From NCBI GenBank assembly GCA_963706575.1, contig CAVPNL010000018.1, positions 96,001 through 160,000 on the forward strand: DNA of 64,000 nt, read 5' to 3'. A program made the translations under genes and the position numbers. This DNA comes from an uncultured delta proteobacterium. Lineage in GTDB: Bacteria > Desulfobacterota > Desulfobacteria > Desulfobacterales > JAHEIW01. Below the pieces are notes generated by a model. It was not told the DNA's origin and searched no databases. It saw nothing but the letters and a program-made list of their open reading frames with translations. Positions 30,423-41,352 of this stretch are shown here, piece by piece (position 1 is the stretch's first letter; every line of letters starts with the position of its first letter).

Positions 30423-31493
30423 TTAAATATCATAGAGGTAGTGACACACATTACATCCCCCGGGCGGCGGAGGCATGGCTTCCCGCGCTTCTTTCATGAC
30501 CTTTGCGCGATTCCCGCCGCCTCCTCCGAGCAAACCATTCATGATGATCTTATCGTGCTTTTCAACTCTTTGCTGGAATTTGCCCCGGTATAATTGACAG
30601 GTCTCCGCTTCCCATAAATCCATCAGATCCTCGCCCGGGAGTCTACCGTAGTGAACCGACGGCATGGCCACCTCTTGCCCCAGGAACGTCGTCGGTCCCC
30701 CCAGCGCCAGATTAATACAGGGGGCCACGGTGCCGTCATACCGGATAAACAGGGAATCCCGCGGGTCCTGCTCGCACACGGCCAACTCCTGCGGAGTAAA
30801 CGCAAATGCGGTGGTCTCGACCTTTAATTTTTTTGCCAGGCGTCGTACTTTTCCCAAGGATTTCTGCAGCCGGCGAATTTCCCTGGATTCCTCGGAAGCA
30901 AAAAGTCCGAAGCCTTTGCCCGCTTCACCACGGATCACGTCGCATTGTTTGAAGTTCACCTGGTCCACGCCCAACCTCGCAGCCAGTTGCACGATATCTT
31001 CCATCTGATGGGAATTTATGTCCATCAGAACAAAATTGATCATGGTTTTGGGGATATTGCCGGTTCGCAGCCTGGCGATATTGGCCACATTTTCACAGAC
31101 CCGATCAAAATTGGATCCGACCCGAATTTTATTGTACATTTCCGCGTCGGCGCCATCCATGGAGATACACATCCAGTTAATGCCGGCATCCAGGATTTTT
31201 TTTAGTTTTTCTTCGGCAAGCAGCAGCCCGTTGGACAAAAAGCCGGTTTCACAGCCGGCCCTTGAGGCATCTGCGATCCACTCCACCAATTGAGGCTGAA
31301 GCAGGGGTTCTCCGCCGCCGGTAAAATCAACCGATTGCACCCGGTCCAGATAAGGACGGATCGCCTGCCAGACCGCCTCGGTCATAATACCGCGGTTTTC
31401 TGCTTCTTTGGCCATCTCTCTCCAGGGGCACATGACGCACTTTAAATTGCAGGCAATCGCCGATTCCACCTGAAATAAGCGCCAGGGTCTCAT
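30423..31493 (-). CDS. Radical SAM protein with SPASM/twitch domain
   Basis: CNLKCVMC, TGGGEPLL, C-terminal C...GTVAPC...CNVC. Confidence 0.9.
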   Translation of the reverse strand: MRPWRLFQVESAIACNLKCVMCPWREMAKEAENRGIMTEAVWQAIRPYLDRVQSVDFTGGGEPLLQPQLVEWIADASRAGCETGFLSNGLLLAEEKLKKILDAGINWMCISMDGADAEMYNKIRVGSNFDRVCENVANIARLRTGNIPKTMINFVLMDINSHQMEDIVQLAARLGVDQVNFKQCDVIRGEAGKGFGLFASEESREIRRLQKSLGKVRRLAKKLKVETTAFAFTPQELAVCEQDPRDSLFIRYDGTVAPCINLALGGPTTFLGQEVAMPSVHYGRLPGEDLMDLWEAETCQLYRGKFQQRVEKHDKIIMNGLLGGGGGNRAKVMKEAREAMPPPPGGCNVCHYLYDI

Positions 31494-31643
31494 TTTTAAT
31501 GATTTTTTTCCGATCACCTGGTCCCGCAACGATGTCAGGAGCCGGTCCACATAGCGCGGCAGGAGTTTGGCCAAAGCAGACCCCAATCCCCCGCTGGCAC
31601 CGGTTAGCAGAACATGTTTATCTTTAAAAGAATAAGTCCCCAT
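31494..31643 (-). pseudogene. Short-chain dehydrogenase remnant in frame with the radical SAM ORF
   Basis: FKDKHVLLTGASGGLGSALAK (TGxxxGxG) then only about 25 residues. Confidence 0.65.
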
Positions 31644-31718
31644 GATCGGATTGCCCGATTATATTAAGATGTCTTAATCATCCTTATTTTGAAAGCAAGC
31701 CAAACTTTTCGTCCGATG

Positions 31719-32546
31719 TTAAAGCTTATCGGCTAATTTCCCCAGGCCCAGAGATTGCTTTCGATGGACGAATGCAGAATGATATGGCAGAAACGGCATC
31801 CCGCCCCATTTCTCTTTAAATTGTCGGATTCCGGCGTGAATGCCCAGCCCCAGATTAATCGCCGCTTTACCCTCTGATTGCGCTAGCCGCACCATTTCGT
31901 TGAAAAGCAGGTCGGATGCACCCGGTACCGATATCTTTGAGGATCTGAAATTAAAAAGATAAAACGCATAGTCGGCCGACCCCATATCGGCAATCGTAAA
32001 AGCCGCCAGTCGGTCTGCCCTGCGGGCCTCGAGCAGCCTGGCGGTCTTTGAACGCTTTACATAATTGCCGACATGCTTGAAAATATGAACCTGCGCGGGG
32101 GTTAAATCATGATTATTGATAAATTTTTTTATCAACTTTTTGTGTTCCTTGCCAAACCGGCCGTATTTGACATCGAGCTCCTTTTCAGCGCGTCGCACCA
32201 TATAAGTCACATTCGGATTAACGGATTTCAAAGGCAGGCGCAATCGGTAATAACTGTCGCGGGGGTGCATTTCAATAGCGGTAGCCGGCAACCAGATGTC
32301 AGCCGCAATCAGCGCGACCGTGGATGGATCAAAACGTTCACATGCAGATGCATAAGCTCCGGGGGTGTCATCGGAAGGCACCCCCAGCGGATAACCGATG
32401 AAAATCAGATGGGTTTTACGGATATAACACAGGTAATTGCCGTGAAGACGGCGTCGGGCACCCGATATACTCTCCACATACCCGGGAAGATGCTCGGGCA
32501 AATAAGCATGTTGATAAATTCGGCTGCTGTCTTCACTATTGAGCAT
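31719..32546 (-). CDS. Hypothetical protein with a GNAT/FemAB-like C-terminal domain
   Basis: GASDLLFNEMVRLAQSEG..AINLGLG...IRQFKEKWG. Confidence 0.7.
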   Translation of the reverse strand: MLNSEDSSRIYQHAYLPEHLPGYVESISGARRRLHGNYLCYIRKTHLIFIGYPLGVPSDDTPGAYASACERFDPSTVALIAADIWLPATAIEMHPRDSYYRLRLPLKSVNPNVTYMVRRAEKELDVKYGRFGKEHKKLIKKFINNHDLTPAQVHIFKHVGNYVKRSKTARLLEARRADRLAAFTIADMGSADYAFYLFNFRSSKISVPGASDLLFNEMVRLAQSEGKAAINLGLGIHAGIRQFKEKWGGMPFLPYHSAFVHRKQSLGLGKLADKL

Positions 32547-33168
32547 TTTGCGACTGTAATCGCGGATTAAATATTTTTTCAGTGATTTTAAGCCTGGTAT
32601 TTCGCAGGGCGGCATTCATTCTTTCAAGGGTGGGGGTATCGGCATTGTCCCCCAGGGTGTTGTGGGCGGCTCGCCCCACCCTTTCTTCGGCTTCTTGCAG
32701 CCGCTCAAAAAAATCAGACAATCGCTGCGGTTTTCGATAAGCATTGAATACCAGCGAATCGTAATCGTCGCCCTCACTGTTCAGCAGCCGGCCGTAATGA
32801 TCAACGAGCAGATCGATTTCTTTCAATTGTTCCTGGCGGATTTCAGCGGAATAAATTCCGCCGGGAATCGTGGCAATCATTTCTCGGGTTTTTGATCGAA
32901 TCTGCTCCATTTCGGTTTCCCGCGTGTGGTCCTTTTTGAACATATCAAATGCAGCTTGCAATGCCATTTTTTTGGTAAACAATACATTCTGGGCAAAGAC
33001 CTCCCGTTGTTCCTTGGATCTCATGTAGCCGAAGATGAAAAGAATTGGAATCAGTACCTCCCAGACGGAAAACGGTTTCGGTTGGATGACCGCCAGCGCC
33101 ACGGAGCGCGCCATCGCTGTTTCGTGAGACAGAATCATGTCGTATTTTTTTTTAAAATTGCCTATCAC
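32536..33168 (-). CDS. Conserved helical hypothetical protein, paralog A
   Basis: KYDMIL..E...AR.VAL.VI...SVWEVLIP...F.KKMAL; similar to 33186-33767. Confidence 0.78.
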   Translation of the reverse strand: MIGNFKKKYDMILSHETAMARSVALAVIQPKPFSVWEVLIPILFIFGYMRSKEQREVFAQNVLFTKKMALQAAFDMFKKDHTRETEMEQIRSKTREMIATIPGGIYSAEIRQEQLKEIDLLVDHYGRLLNSEGDDYDSLVFNAYRKPQRLSDFFERLQEAEERVGRAAHNTLGDNADTPTLERMNAALRNTRLKITEKIFNPRLQSQNAQ

Positions 33169-33185
33169 CGGTTGTCTTTATATTC

Positions 33186-33767
33186 CTAATAGATATCTTC
33201 TAAAATTTTTTGACGCCGCTTTTGCACCTCCCGGGCTTCGAGCTGCAATTTTTCTTTAACAGCCGGATCGTCGCTGACTTTGGCCAAAATCGCCTGATCG
33301 ACTTTATTTTCTGCCGCGGCAATTTGCTGCAAGTGGGTATCAAAATTTTCGCGGGATGAATACGCATGCTGAATTAAATCATAGTAACTCTGGCCTTCGG
33401 CGTGCAAAAGTTTGACATAATGATCAGCCAGCAAACCGACGGTTTCTTTTTGGGCCAGTACCAGGTCCTGGGAATCAAGCCGATGCGTGATCAGCCAGTT
33501 TTTAATCTCGGTTTCAAGATGCGCATCAATGGCTGCCCGGGTTTGGCCAGCTGCAAGGCTCCGCGCACCCTCCAGGGCAAGCTTTCGCGGAAACAGAAAA
33601 GTCTCGGTGAACTTTCGAATGGTGCTGCCACGGCGCAGAAAGTCGAAGATAAACATCCCGGGGATCAGATATTGCCATGCCGACGGAGGTCTCAGATAGA
33701 TGACTCCCAGAGTGACTTCCCGGGCAAACTGCTGTTCGGCAGCTATGATGATATCGTATTTGTCCAT
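33186..33767 (-). CDS. Conserved helical hypothetical protein, paralog B
   Basis: KYDIII..E...AREVTL.VI...SAWQYLIP...FPRKLAL...DHY.KLL. Confidence 0.78.
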   Translation of the reverse strand: MDKYDIIIAAEQQFAREVTLGVIYLRPPSAWQYLIPGMFIFDFLRRGSTIRKFTETFLFPRKLALEGARSLAAGQTRAAIDAHLETEIKNWLITHRLDSQDLVLAQKETVGLLADHYVKLLHAEGQSYYDLIQHAYSSRENFDTHLQQIAAAENKVDQAILAKVSDDPAVKEKLQLEAREVQKRRQKILEDIY

Positions 33768-33816
33768 GTTCGATGACCTATCGGGCCCACATATCACTAA
33801 AAGTGTTTTCATCTGT

Positions 33817-33851
33817 AATAAAAGGCGTCCCCGAGGGAGACGCCTTTTATT
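33817..33851. terminator. Rho-independent terminator (bidirectional shape)
   Basis: aataaaaggcgtcccc-gag-ggagacgccttttatt. Confidence 0.75.
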
Positions 33852-33890
33852 TTCTGAGATAATAACAATTCAAGATATGATCTCAAGAAA

Positions 33891-35245
33891 TCAATCTGCC
33901 GGAATCACCGGAGCAAAGAACGCTCCTGACCACAGGATCCAGGTAATGAAAAATGTCCAGATGGCATTGGCAGTCTGGGATATCCAGTAAGCCGCTGCGG
34001 GTCTGCCGCCTCCGACGGAAATCAGTTCTTTAAAGTTGGTTTCCAGACCGATGGATACGAAACACAGGGCAAAAAACCAGTTTCGATAGACCTTGGTGGC
34101 CTTGCCGACGGCCTTGACCGCTTTGAGCCCCGAAACCGGTTCAACCAAAACCGAAACAACGATAGAGGCCACAATAAAGCCGACCACAAACTTGGGAAAA
34201 CGATACCAGATTTCCATAAAGGAAGGTCTTCTCGGCGGTGCACCGGCCTCTCTGCGATCCAACGTCATGGTTGACCACAGGGCCATCAAAAAGGCCGCCA
34301 CGCCGATCAGAACGTTTTGTGCCATCTTGACCATGGCGGCGACTTTGTACGCGGCATCACCACCGATGATCCCGCCGGCAGCCACCACGGCCCCGGTGTT
34401 GTCGATAACCCCGCCGACCCAGGCACCGGCCCAGTTGTTGGGCAGATTCCATCCATTTGGCGATCGGCGGCATAATCAGGATCAGGACCACCGCACACAC
34501 CAGCACCCAGGCCACCATGTAACTGACTTCCTTTCTTGTCGCCCTGGATCGCACCGCCGGCGGCAATGGTGGCCGACACGCCGCAGATGGCATTGGCCGA
34601 AGCGATAATGGCGCTGAAGCGCTCGGACACCTGAAACTTGCGGCAAATCCAGTAGGTCATGAACCAGACCGCCGTGGCCACCAGTACAGCCTGGACCAGA
34701 CCCATGAAGCCGCCCCGGAGGACATCCGAGAACAGGATACCCGCGCCCATGCACACCAGTCCGATCTTAATGAAGTATTCCGTCTGTCCGGCAGCTCTCA
34801 AAAACTGGGGCACCTTGAAAATATTGCTGATGATCAGACCAAAAATGAGCGCAAAGATAACGTACTCGATGCCCCATTTTTTCAAAAAATGCCTGTTTGG
34901 ATAAAATCATCGAAATCAAACGCCAGAAAGAAAATCACCACAAAACCGGGGATGTACCGCTTTAGATCGAATTTCATGAAGATGCCGCCGATCATGGTGA
35001 TGACCGCCATAAAGACAAAGAGCCAATGGCTCTGCCAGAGGGTGACCATGCCTTTGGGAAAAGCGGCCCCCAAAGCTGGTCCATTTGGCGATTTTGGGAC
35101 CCGCGGGCAACAGCCCGACGACCCATTTGCCGGCTTCGATTTCTTTCAGACCAATAATGGCTAAAAGGATAATAAACCAGCCTAAAAAACATGCCCACCA
35201 GTCTTCACTTTGCCAGACCGGCGGTCTTTGATTTCCGTTGCTCAT
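33891..35245 (-). CDS. YeiH/putative sulfate exporter family membrane protein with at least 4 frameshifts
   Basis: Fragments in successive frames: SEDWWA, EYFIKIGLV, ICGVSATIA, GAWVGGVIDNTGAV, VKMAQN, RFPKFVVGF. Confidence 0.8.
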
Positions 35246-35816
35246 TTCATCTGCCTCCTTCCTCTTCGGTTGGTTAAGTGGCAAACAAACATTCCCAACT
35301 GAGTACCCTTACGATTCAACAATTAATCATCCTTAATTGACTCATCTTGAAAATGTCCAGAGCTTCACCTCCTTTCAACCCCATAATTTCAGCGATAGAA
35401 TCGCTTTCATCTGTCCTTCTCCTTACACCCAACGTGCTGGTATAAAAAAGTACTCTATAAATTATAAAAAGCATTCTATAAATGCAAGGAAAATTATCTT
35501 TTGAAGGTTCTGGGGGATTTAGCCGAAAATCTCCTGATGGAACTTGAATTTATGATTATTGAATAATTTCAATAACTAATGTTTAATTTGCTGCCACGTA
35601 TATCTTCGCCAAAGGTCAAAGAAGTATTTATTTGGGTATGAAATCAGCAAGTTCAATCCTATTCGATATATCCTTGACACTTGACCGCCTCTCGCCTATT
35701 ATCGCTGCCCAAAAATTCAAATCATTTGAATGTTTAAAAGCGTTTAGAACCCGCAATGACCCCGCGTTTTTTTGAAAAGGACATGGGGACAGGGGGGGTG
35801 AAAGGAGTTTGACACG

Positions 35817-36809
35817 ATGCTGCTATATGTTGCGGTTTGCCTGGTGGGTTTTGTGCTGCTTTACTTCGGGGCGGAATGGCTTGTCAAAGGTTCCTCCAGC
35901 CTGGCGCGAAGTCTGGGTGTGACACCGATTGTTATTGGGCTTACGGTGGTGGCTTTTGGGACTTCGGCCCCCGAGCTGGTGGTGAGTCTGATCTCGTCTA
36001 TTAAGGGCAAAAGCATGATCGCCGTCGGTAATGTGGTGGGCAGCAATATCTGTAACATTGCCCTGGTTCTGGGGTTGTCGGCCCTGTTTAATCCCATAAA
36101 AAGCGACCCCTCCGTCATCCGGCGCGATATACCGATCATGCTGGGAGTCTCACTTTACTTATTGGTCCTCTCTTTAAATAGCACCCTGGGCCGAATCGAA
36201 GGCGCCACGCTTTTTGCCGGCATTATCGCCTACACCTTTATCAATTACTATCTGGCCAAAAAAGAAACCCTGGATACGGGCGATGCGGGCGATGGTGATA
36301 TGGCAGCGGCGATCACATCTGAATTGGAAGAAATCGGTTATATTGCTTCCAGATCCAAACAGGTTTTGCTGGTGGTCGTCGGAATTGTCGGTGTGGTGGG
36401 CGGTGCGCAGATGGTGGTGGAAAGCGCCGTTTTTATTATGACGGAATTGGGGGTCAGTGAAAAATTTATCGGCCTGACCATCGTCGCCTTCGGCACTTCC
36501 CTGCCGGAGCTGGCCACATCGGTGGTTGCCGCCATGCGCGGCGAAATGGATATCAGCATCGGCAACCTGGTGGGCAGCAACGTCTTCAACATCATGAGCG
36601 TTCTGGGTGCGGCTTCTCTGGTTCGACCGATTCCGATTCCCGGCGGGTTTTTTGCGAGCGGATTGTGGATCGATTACCTGGTCATGCTGTTTACCAGTTT
36701 TCTGCCCTGGCTGTTGATGCGCAAAACCTATACCGTCGATCGCAAGGGCGGCGCCCTGCTTTTAGTCTGCTATGTGGGGTATTTGGTGTACCTAATCATC
36801 AAAGCCTAA
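35817..36809 (+). CDS. Calcium/sodium antiporter (YrbG/CaCA family)
   Basis: Two alpha repeats GTSAPE...GNVVGSN and GTSLPE...GNLVGSN. Confidence 0.93.
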   Translation: MLLYVAVCLVGFVLLYFGAEWLVKGSSSLARSLGVTPIVIGLTVVAFGTSAPELVVSLISSIKGKSMIAVGNVVGSNICNIALVLGLSALFNPIKSDPSVIRRDIPIMLGVSLYLLVLSLNSTLGRIEGATLFAGIIAYTFINYYLAKKETLDTGDAGDGDMAAAITSELEEIGYIASRSKQVLLVVVGIVGVVGGAQMVVESAVFIMTELGVSEKFIGLTIVAFGTSLPELATSVVAAMRGEMDISIGNLVGSNVFNIMSVLGAASLVRPIPIPGGFFASGLWIDYLVMLFTSFLPWLLMRKTYTVDRKGGALLLVCYVGYLVYLIIKA

Positions 36810-36849
36810 CGAAGGTCTCAGTGTGTCGGGCTTTAGGTGTTGGTAAATC

Positions 36850-36948
36850 ATTGGTTTGTTTTATTGGTTTGATTGGTTTAATTTGTTCAATTGGTTCGGT
36901 TAGACCAACCAATTCAACCAATAAAACTAATGAAACCAATCCAACAAT
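36850..36948. repeat. Hairpin with 9-nt periodic arms (ATTGGTTTR)
   Basis: attggtttg...attggtttaatttgttcaattggtt / aaccaattcaaccaataaaactaatgaaaccaat; second copy at 54988-55074. Confidence 0.75.
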
Positions 36949-36953
36949 TAGTA

Positions 36954-37970
36954 TTACCGAACACTTGAACCTTGGACTCTATGATCCAATTTCACGAATT
37001 CTTTGAATAAGTGCCGCCATATCCTCCGGCAGCGGCGACTCAAAGGAAACCGCTTCGCCGGTGTGCGGATGGCGAACCCCAGCCGCCAGGCATGCAGCAT
37101 CTGGCGCTTAACCGATTTTAATATCTGCAGGATCTTATCGGATTTCTGATGGTCTCCGGCAATTGTTTTTTCCGGGTTGCGGGGCCCATAAACTTTATCC
37201 CCTACAATGGGATGATGCAAGGCGCTGCAGTGAACCCGAATCTGGTGGGTCCGCCCGGTCTTCAAATGAACTTCCAGCAGCGCAAACCCTTGAAATTGCT
37301 CTTTGATATTCCATTGCGTTTCTGCTGATCGGCCCCTGGGGCTGACGGTGGACATGCGTTTGCGATCAACCGGATGCCGGCCGATGGGCAGCTTAATGCT
37401 TCCGGTCGGTGATTTCATATGACCGTGAACCAGTGCCAGGTAATCTTTTTTAACTTTGCGGGATTTAAATTGCCGGGATAAATTCGTGTGCGCAGCGTCG
37501 TTTTTGGCAACCACCAGAGTGCCCGAAGTATCTTTATCTAATCGATGCACGATGCCCGGCCGCAGTTCACCGCCGATTCCGCCAAGATTCGGACAATGAT
37601 AAAGCAGGCCGTTGACCAGCGTACCGCTAAAATGCCCCGGCGCCGGATGCACGACCAGCCCCGGCTGTTTGTTCACCACAACGATGTGGCCGTCTTCATA
37701 TACAATATTTAGCGGAATGGGCTCGGGTTTGAATTCGACGGGAACCGGCAATGGAATGGCGCCTGAAATATTTTCGCCGGATTTTACCCGATAACCGGGT
37801 TTTTTGGGGCGGCCATCCACCCGGACGTGTTCAGCGGCAATCAGGCCGGCCACAAATGTTCGCGTACAATCGGAAAGCAGCGAGGCCAACAGCACATCCA
37901 GCCTTTGGCCTTCATCGGATGATCTGACGCGAATGCTAAATACACTGTCGGCAGGCATGGATATGAACAA
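36954..37970 (-). CDS. rluD: RluA/RluD-family pseudouridine synthase (frameshift near the C-terminus)
   Basis: S4 domain, HRLDKDTSG, GRTHQIRVH, QMLHA. Confidence 0.9.
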   Translation of the reverse strand: MFISMPADSVFSIRVRSSDEGQRLDVLLASLLSDCTRTFVAGLIAAEHVRVDGRPKKPGYRVKSGENISGAIPLPVPVEFKPEPIPLNIVYEDGHIVVVNKQPGLVVHPAPGHFSGTLVNGLLYHCPNLGGIGGELRPGIVHRLDKDTSGTLVVAKNDAAHTNLSRQFKSRKVKKDYLALVHGHMKSPTGSIKLPIGRHPVDRKRMSTVSPRGRSAETQWNIKEQFQGFALLEVHLKTGRTHQIRVHCSALHHPIVGDKVYGPRNPEKTIAGDHQKSDKILQILKSVKRQMLHAWRLGFAIRTPAKRFPLSRRCRRIWRHLFKEFVKLDHRVQGSSVR

Positions 37971-37981
37971 TGAAAGGCGGG

Positions 37982-38536
37982 TTAGTTTTCGGCTTCTTGC
38001 GAAACAAAAAGCGATTCGATCTCGGTCAGTACAGCGTCTTCGTCGATTTTTTTGGCCGTCGAGAGTTCTCTGACTAAAAGAATCTGAGCGGTATCATAGA
38101 GCTTGCGCTCTCCGAACGATAGATCTTTGGTCAGTTTCAGCAGGAAAAGGTCCCTGAAAACTTCGGCGACATCATAAAGCGAGCCGGTTTTAATTTTATC
38201 CATATACTCGCGGTAACGGCGATTCCAGGTCTGATTGTCGGTGTTCGCTTCTTTCTTGGATTGCATCACCGCATAAACCTTGGCTACCTCTTTTTTAGGA
38301 ATAACGTCCCTCAGTCCGACGGATTCAACATTGTTGGTCGGAATCATGATGGTCATGCCGTTTTCAATGACCTTCATGATATAAAAATCGTGCTTTTCCC
38401 CGCTGATGGAACGGCTTTCAATCGCAATGATCTCTCCGACGCCATGGGCCGGATAGACGGCAAGATCCCCCACTTGGAACGTGCGTATCTTTGATTTCTT
38501 GGTTTTTACGCTGTCCTTGGCCTTTTTTTCTGTCAT
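37982..38536 (-). CDS. carD: CarD/CdnL-family RNA polymerase-binding regulator
   Basis: VGDLAVYPAHGVG, TWNRRYREY, LSFGER. Confidence 0.93.
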   Translation of the reverse strand: MTEKKAKDSVKTKKSKIRTFQVGDLAVYPAHGVGEIIAIESRSISGEKHDFYIMKVIENGMTIMIPTNNVESVGLRDVIPKKEVAKVYAVMQSKKEANTDNQTWNRRYREYMDKIKTGSLYDVAEVFRDLFLLKLTKDLSFGERKLYDTAQILLVRELSTAKKIDEDAVLTEIESLFVSQEAEN

Positions 38537-38629
38537 TTCACCACCGGTAACCGCTAAATTATTAAAAACTATCTAAAAATAAACCATTTCTAATTAATTT
38601 CATAACATACCTTTGGTTAACAATCAACA

Positions 38630-38663
38630 GAAAAGGGTTGACGCCGACTGGCGCCAACCCTTT
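38630..38663 (-). terminator. Terminator after hppA
   Basis: aaagggttg-acgcc-gact-ggcg-ccaaccctt stem with a T run on the minus strand. Confidence 0.65.
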
Positions 38664-38693
38664 CAGTCTAATTAACGAGTAACGTTCAAGCGC

Positions 38694-40729
38694 TTACATC
38701 AAGAACGGTACCAGCAGTAAGGCAACAACATTGAGGATCTTAATCATCGGGTTAACGGCAGGTCCGGCGGTATCCTTGTAAGGATCGCCGACGGTATCAC
38801 CGGTAACCGCCGCATGGTGCGCATCGCTGCCTTTGCCGCCCAGGTGGCCGTCCTCGATGTATTTTTTGGCATTGTCCCAGGCTGCTCCACCGGTGGTCAT
38901 GGAAATGGCAACAAAGACGCCGGTAATAATACTGCCGATCAGCAGACCGCCCAGCGCAATTTTGCCCAGCAGAAATCCGACCAGCACCGGTGCGATAACC
39001 GGCAGCAGGGCCGGAATCAGCATTTCTTTTAAGGCGAACTTGGTGACGATGTCGACGCATGCGCCGTAATCCGGTTTGGCAGTGCCTTCCATAATTCCGG
39101 GAATTTCACGGAACTGACGTCTGACCTCATCCACGACGGCCCCGCCGGCTTTGCCCACGGCTTTCATGGCAATCGAGGCAAACAAGATACGGCAAGAAGT
39201 CCGCCGATAAACAGGCCGATGATCACCTTGACATTGCTCAGGTCAAAACTCAACTCCTCGCCCCCGCCATGCAGGGCAAATTCCTGGGTGTAGGCCGCAA
39301 AAAGCACCAGGGCGGCCAGACCGGCAGAACCGATGGCATAACCTTTGGTGACGGCCTTGGTGGTGTTTCCGACCGCATCCAGCGGATCGGTTACGGCACG
39401 GACGCTTTCATCCATTTCCGCCATTTCAGCAATGCCGCCGGCGTTGTCGGTAATCGGACCGTAGGCATCGATGGCAATCACCATCCCGGTCATCGAGAGC
39501 ATGGACATGGCCGCCATGGCGATGCCGTAAAGCCCGGCAAAATAATGGGCAATACCGATAGCGGCACAGATGGCCAGCACCGGCGCAGCAGTGGACTGCA
39601 TGCTGACACCGAGTCCGGCAATAATATTGGTGCCGTGTCCGGTCGTCGATGCATTGGCCACAGATTTTACCGGTCCGTAAATCCCGGTGTAGTATTCCGT
39701 GATGATAACGATCAAAACGGTGAGCACCAGACCGACCAGGGTGGAATAATAAATCGACAGCATTGAAATTTCAGGAATTCCGCCCATCAACTGCCGGGTG
39801 GCAAAATAAAAGGCAATCGCCGCCAGGATGGCAGAGCCGAACATGCCTTTGTAAAGGGCACCCATGATATACTCGCTTTTGCCCAGTCTGACAAAGAAAA
39901 CGGCGATCATGGAGGCAACGATTGAAATGGCGCCCAGCACCAGCGGAAATTCAGTAGCGATGCCAATCTGCGGAAAAATCAGGTTTCCCAGAAGCATGGC
40001 CGCAACCGCGGTGACGGCATAGGTTTCAAAAAGGTCGGCCGCCATACCGGCACAGTCGCCCACATTATCGCCGACATTATCGGCAATGGTCGCCGGGTTT
40101 CTGGGGTCGTCTTCGGGAATACCGGCTTCGACCTTGCCGACCAGGTCGGCCCCGACATCCGCCCCTTTGGTAAAGATGCCGCCGCCGAGACGGGCAAAGA
40201 TAGAGATAAGGCTTCCGCCAAAACCGAGGGCCACCAGCGCAATGACCGCCTCCCGGCTCGCAGTACCCATCGAAATTAAAATCGTATAGTAGCCGGCAAC
40301 AGCTGTAAGCGCCAGGCCGGCGACGATCATCCCGGTTACCGAACCGCCCTTAAAGGCCATGGACAGGCCTTTGGCCAGGCCCCCTTTGGCCGCTTCTGCG
40401 GTGCGCACGTTGGCCAGGACGGAGACGCGCATGCCGATATATCCCGCCAGAAAAGAGGCGACGGCTCCGACCAAGAAACCGATTGCGGTTTTGACCCCCA
40501 GCGTAAAAATAATGATCGCAAAAATTATGATACCGGCAATCCCCATGCTCTTCAGCTGCCGATTCAGATAGGCAATGGCGCCTTCCTTGATGGCATTCGC
40601 AATTTCCTGCATCTTTTCATTGCCGGCCGGTGCGCCTTTAACAACAACCGCAATGATGATGGCAAACAGCACACCTGCAGCACCAACCAGTGTACAAATC
40701 AACGGTAAGTAATTCATCCTCTCCTCCAT
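38694..40729 (-). CDS. hppA: Membrane-bound pyrophosphatase, K+-independent H+-PPase type (frameshift near 39180-39195)
   Basis: [26 protein letters not shown] (Lys signature), [11 protein letters not shown] split across two ORFs. Confidence 0.93.
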
Positions 40730-40758
40730 TTGAAATGTTAACGTTTCACTCTAGATTA

Positions 40759-41340
40759 TCATTCTTTTTTGTTAAACCGATTCATTCCCACCTTGCTACC
40801 TTCCGCCAGAATCGTTACTACCGCATCCCGAGCCCCAGTTAAAACCGAGTCCAATTGCTTCGATTCATCATCAAAGAAGGGTCCCAGAACGTGATCTGAA
40901 ACACTGCCTTCTTCCTCGGAACGCCCGATGCCGATGCGCAGACGCACAAATTCGTCTTCGCCAATGGCATTCATGATCGATTGTAGACCCTTGTGTCCTC
41001 CATGTCCTCCTTTCTCTTTTATTTTTAACCTTCCGAAAGCAAGATCGATGTCGTCGTGAACAACCATCAGATCCTTGCTATTTATTTTAAAATATGCGGC
41101 CAGTTTCTGCACCGGCCACCCGCTGCGGTTCATAAAAGCCATGGGTTTGGCCAGCATGACCTCATGGCCCGCGATCGTACCGCGGCCGTAGCGCACGTCA
41201 AACTTGTTTTTATTAACCAAAATGCCGAATTCACCGGCGAGCTTATCCACCACCATAAAACCGGCATTGTGGCGTGTGTTTTCATATTGGGACCCAGGGT
41301 TCCCGAGCCCGACAATCAGACGCATACGCTTTTGTGGCAA
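40759..41340 (-). CDS. pth: Peptidyl-tRNA hydrolase
   Basis: VGLGNPG, TRHNAG, MNRSG, HDDID, GHKG. Confidence 0.96.
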   Translation of the reverse strand: MPQKRMRLIVGLGNPGSQYENTRHNAGFMVVDKLAGEFGILVNKNKFDVRYGRGTIAGHEVMLAKPMAFMNRSGWPVQKLAAYFKINSKDLMVVHDDIDLAFGRLKIKEKGGHGGHKGLQSIMNAIGEDEFVRLRIGIGRSEEEGSVSDHVLGPFFDDESKQLDSVLTGARDAVVTILAEGSKVGMNRFNKKE

Positions 41341-41352
41341 ACGGTTTGTATC

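Noticed and set aside
38694..39185. Separate 163-aa membrane protein
   Set aside because: It is the C-terminal part of hppA after a frameshift
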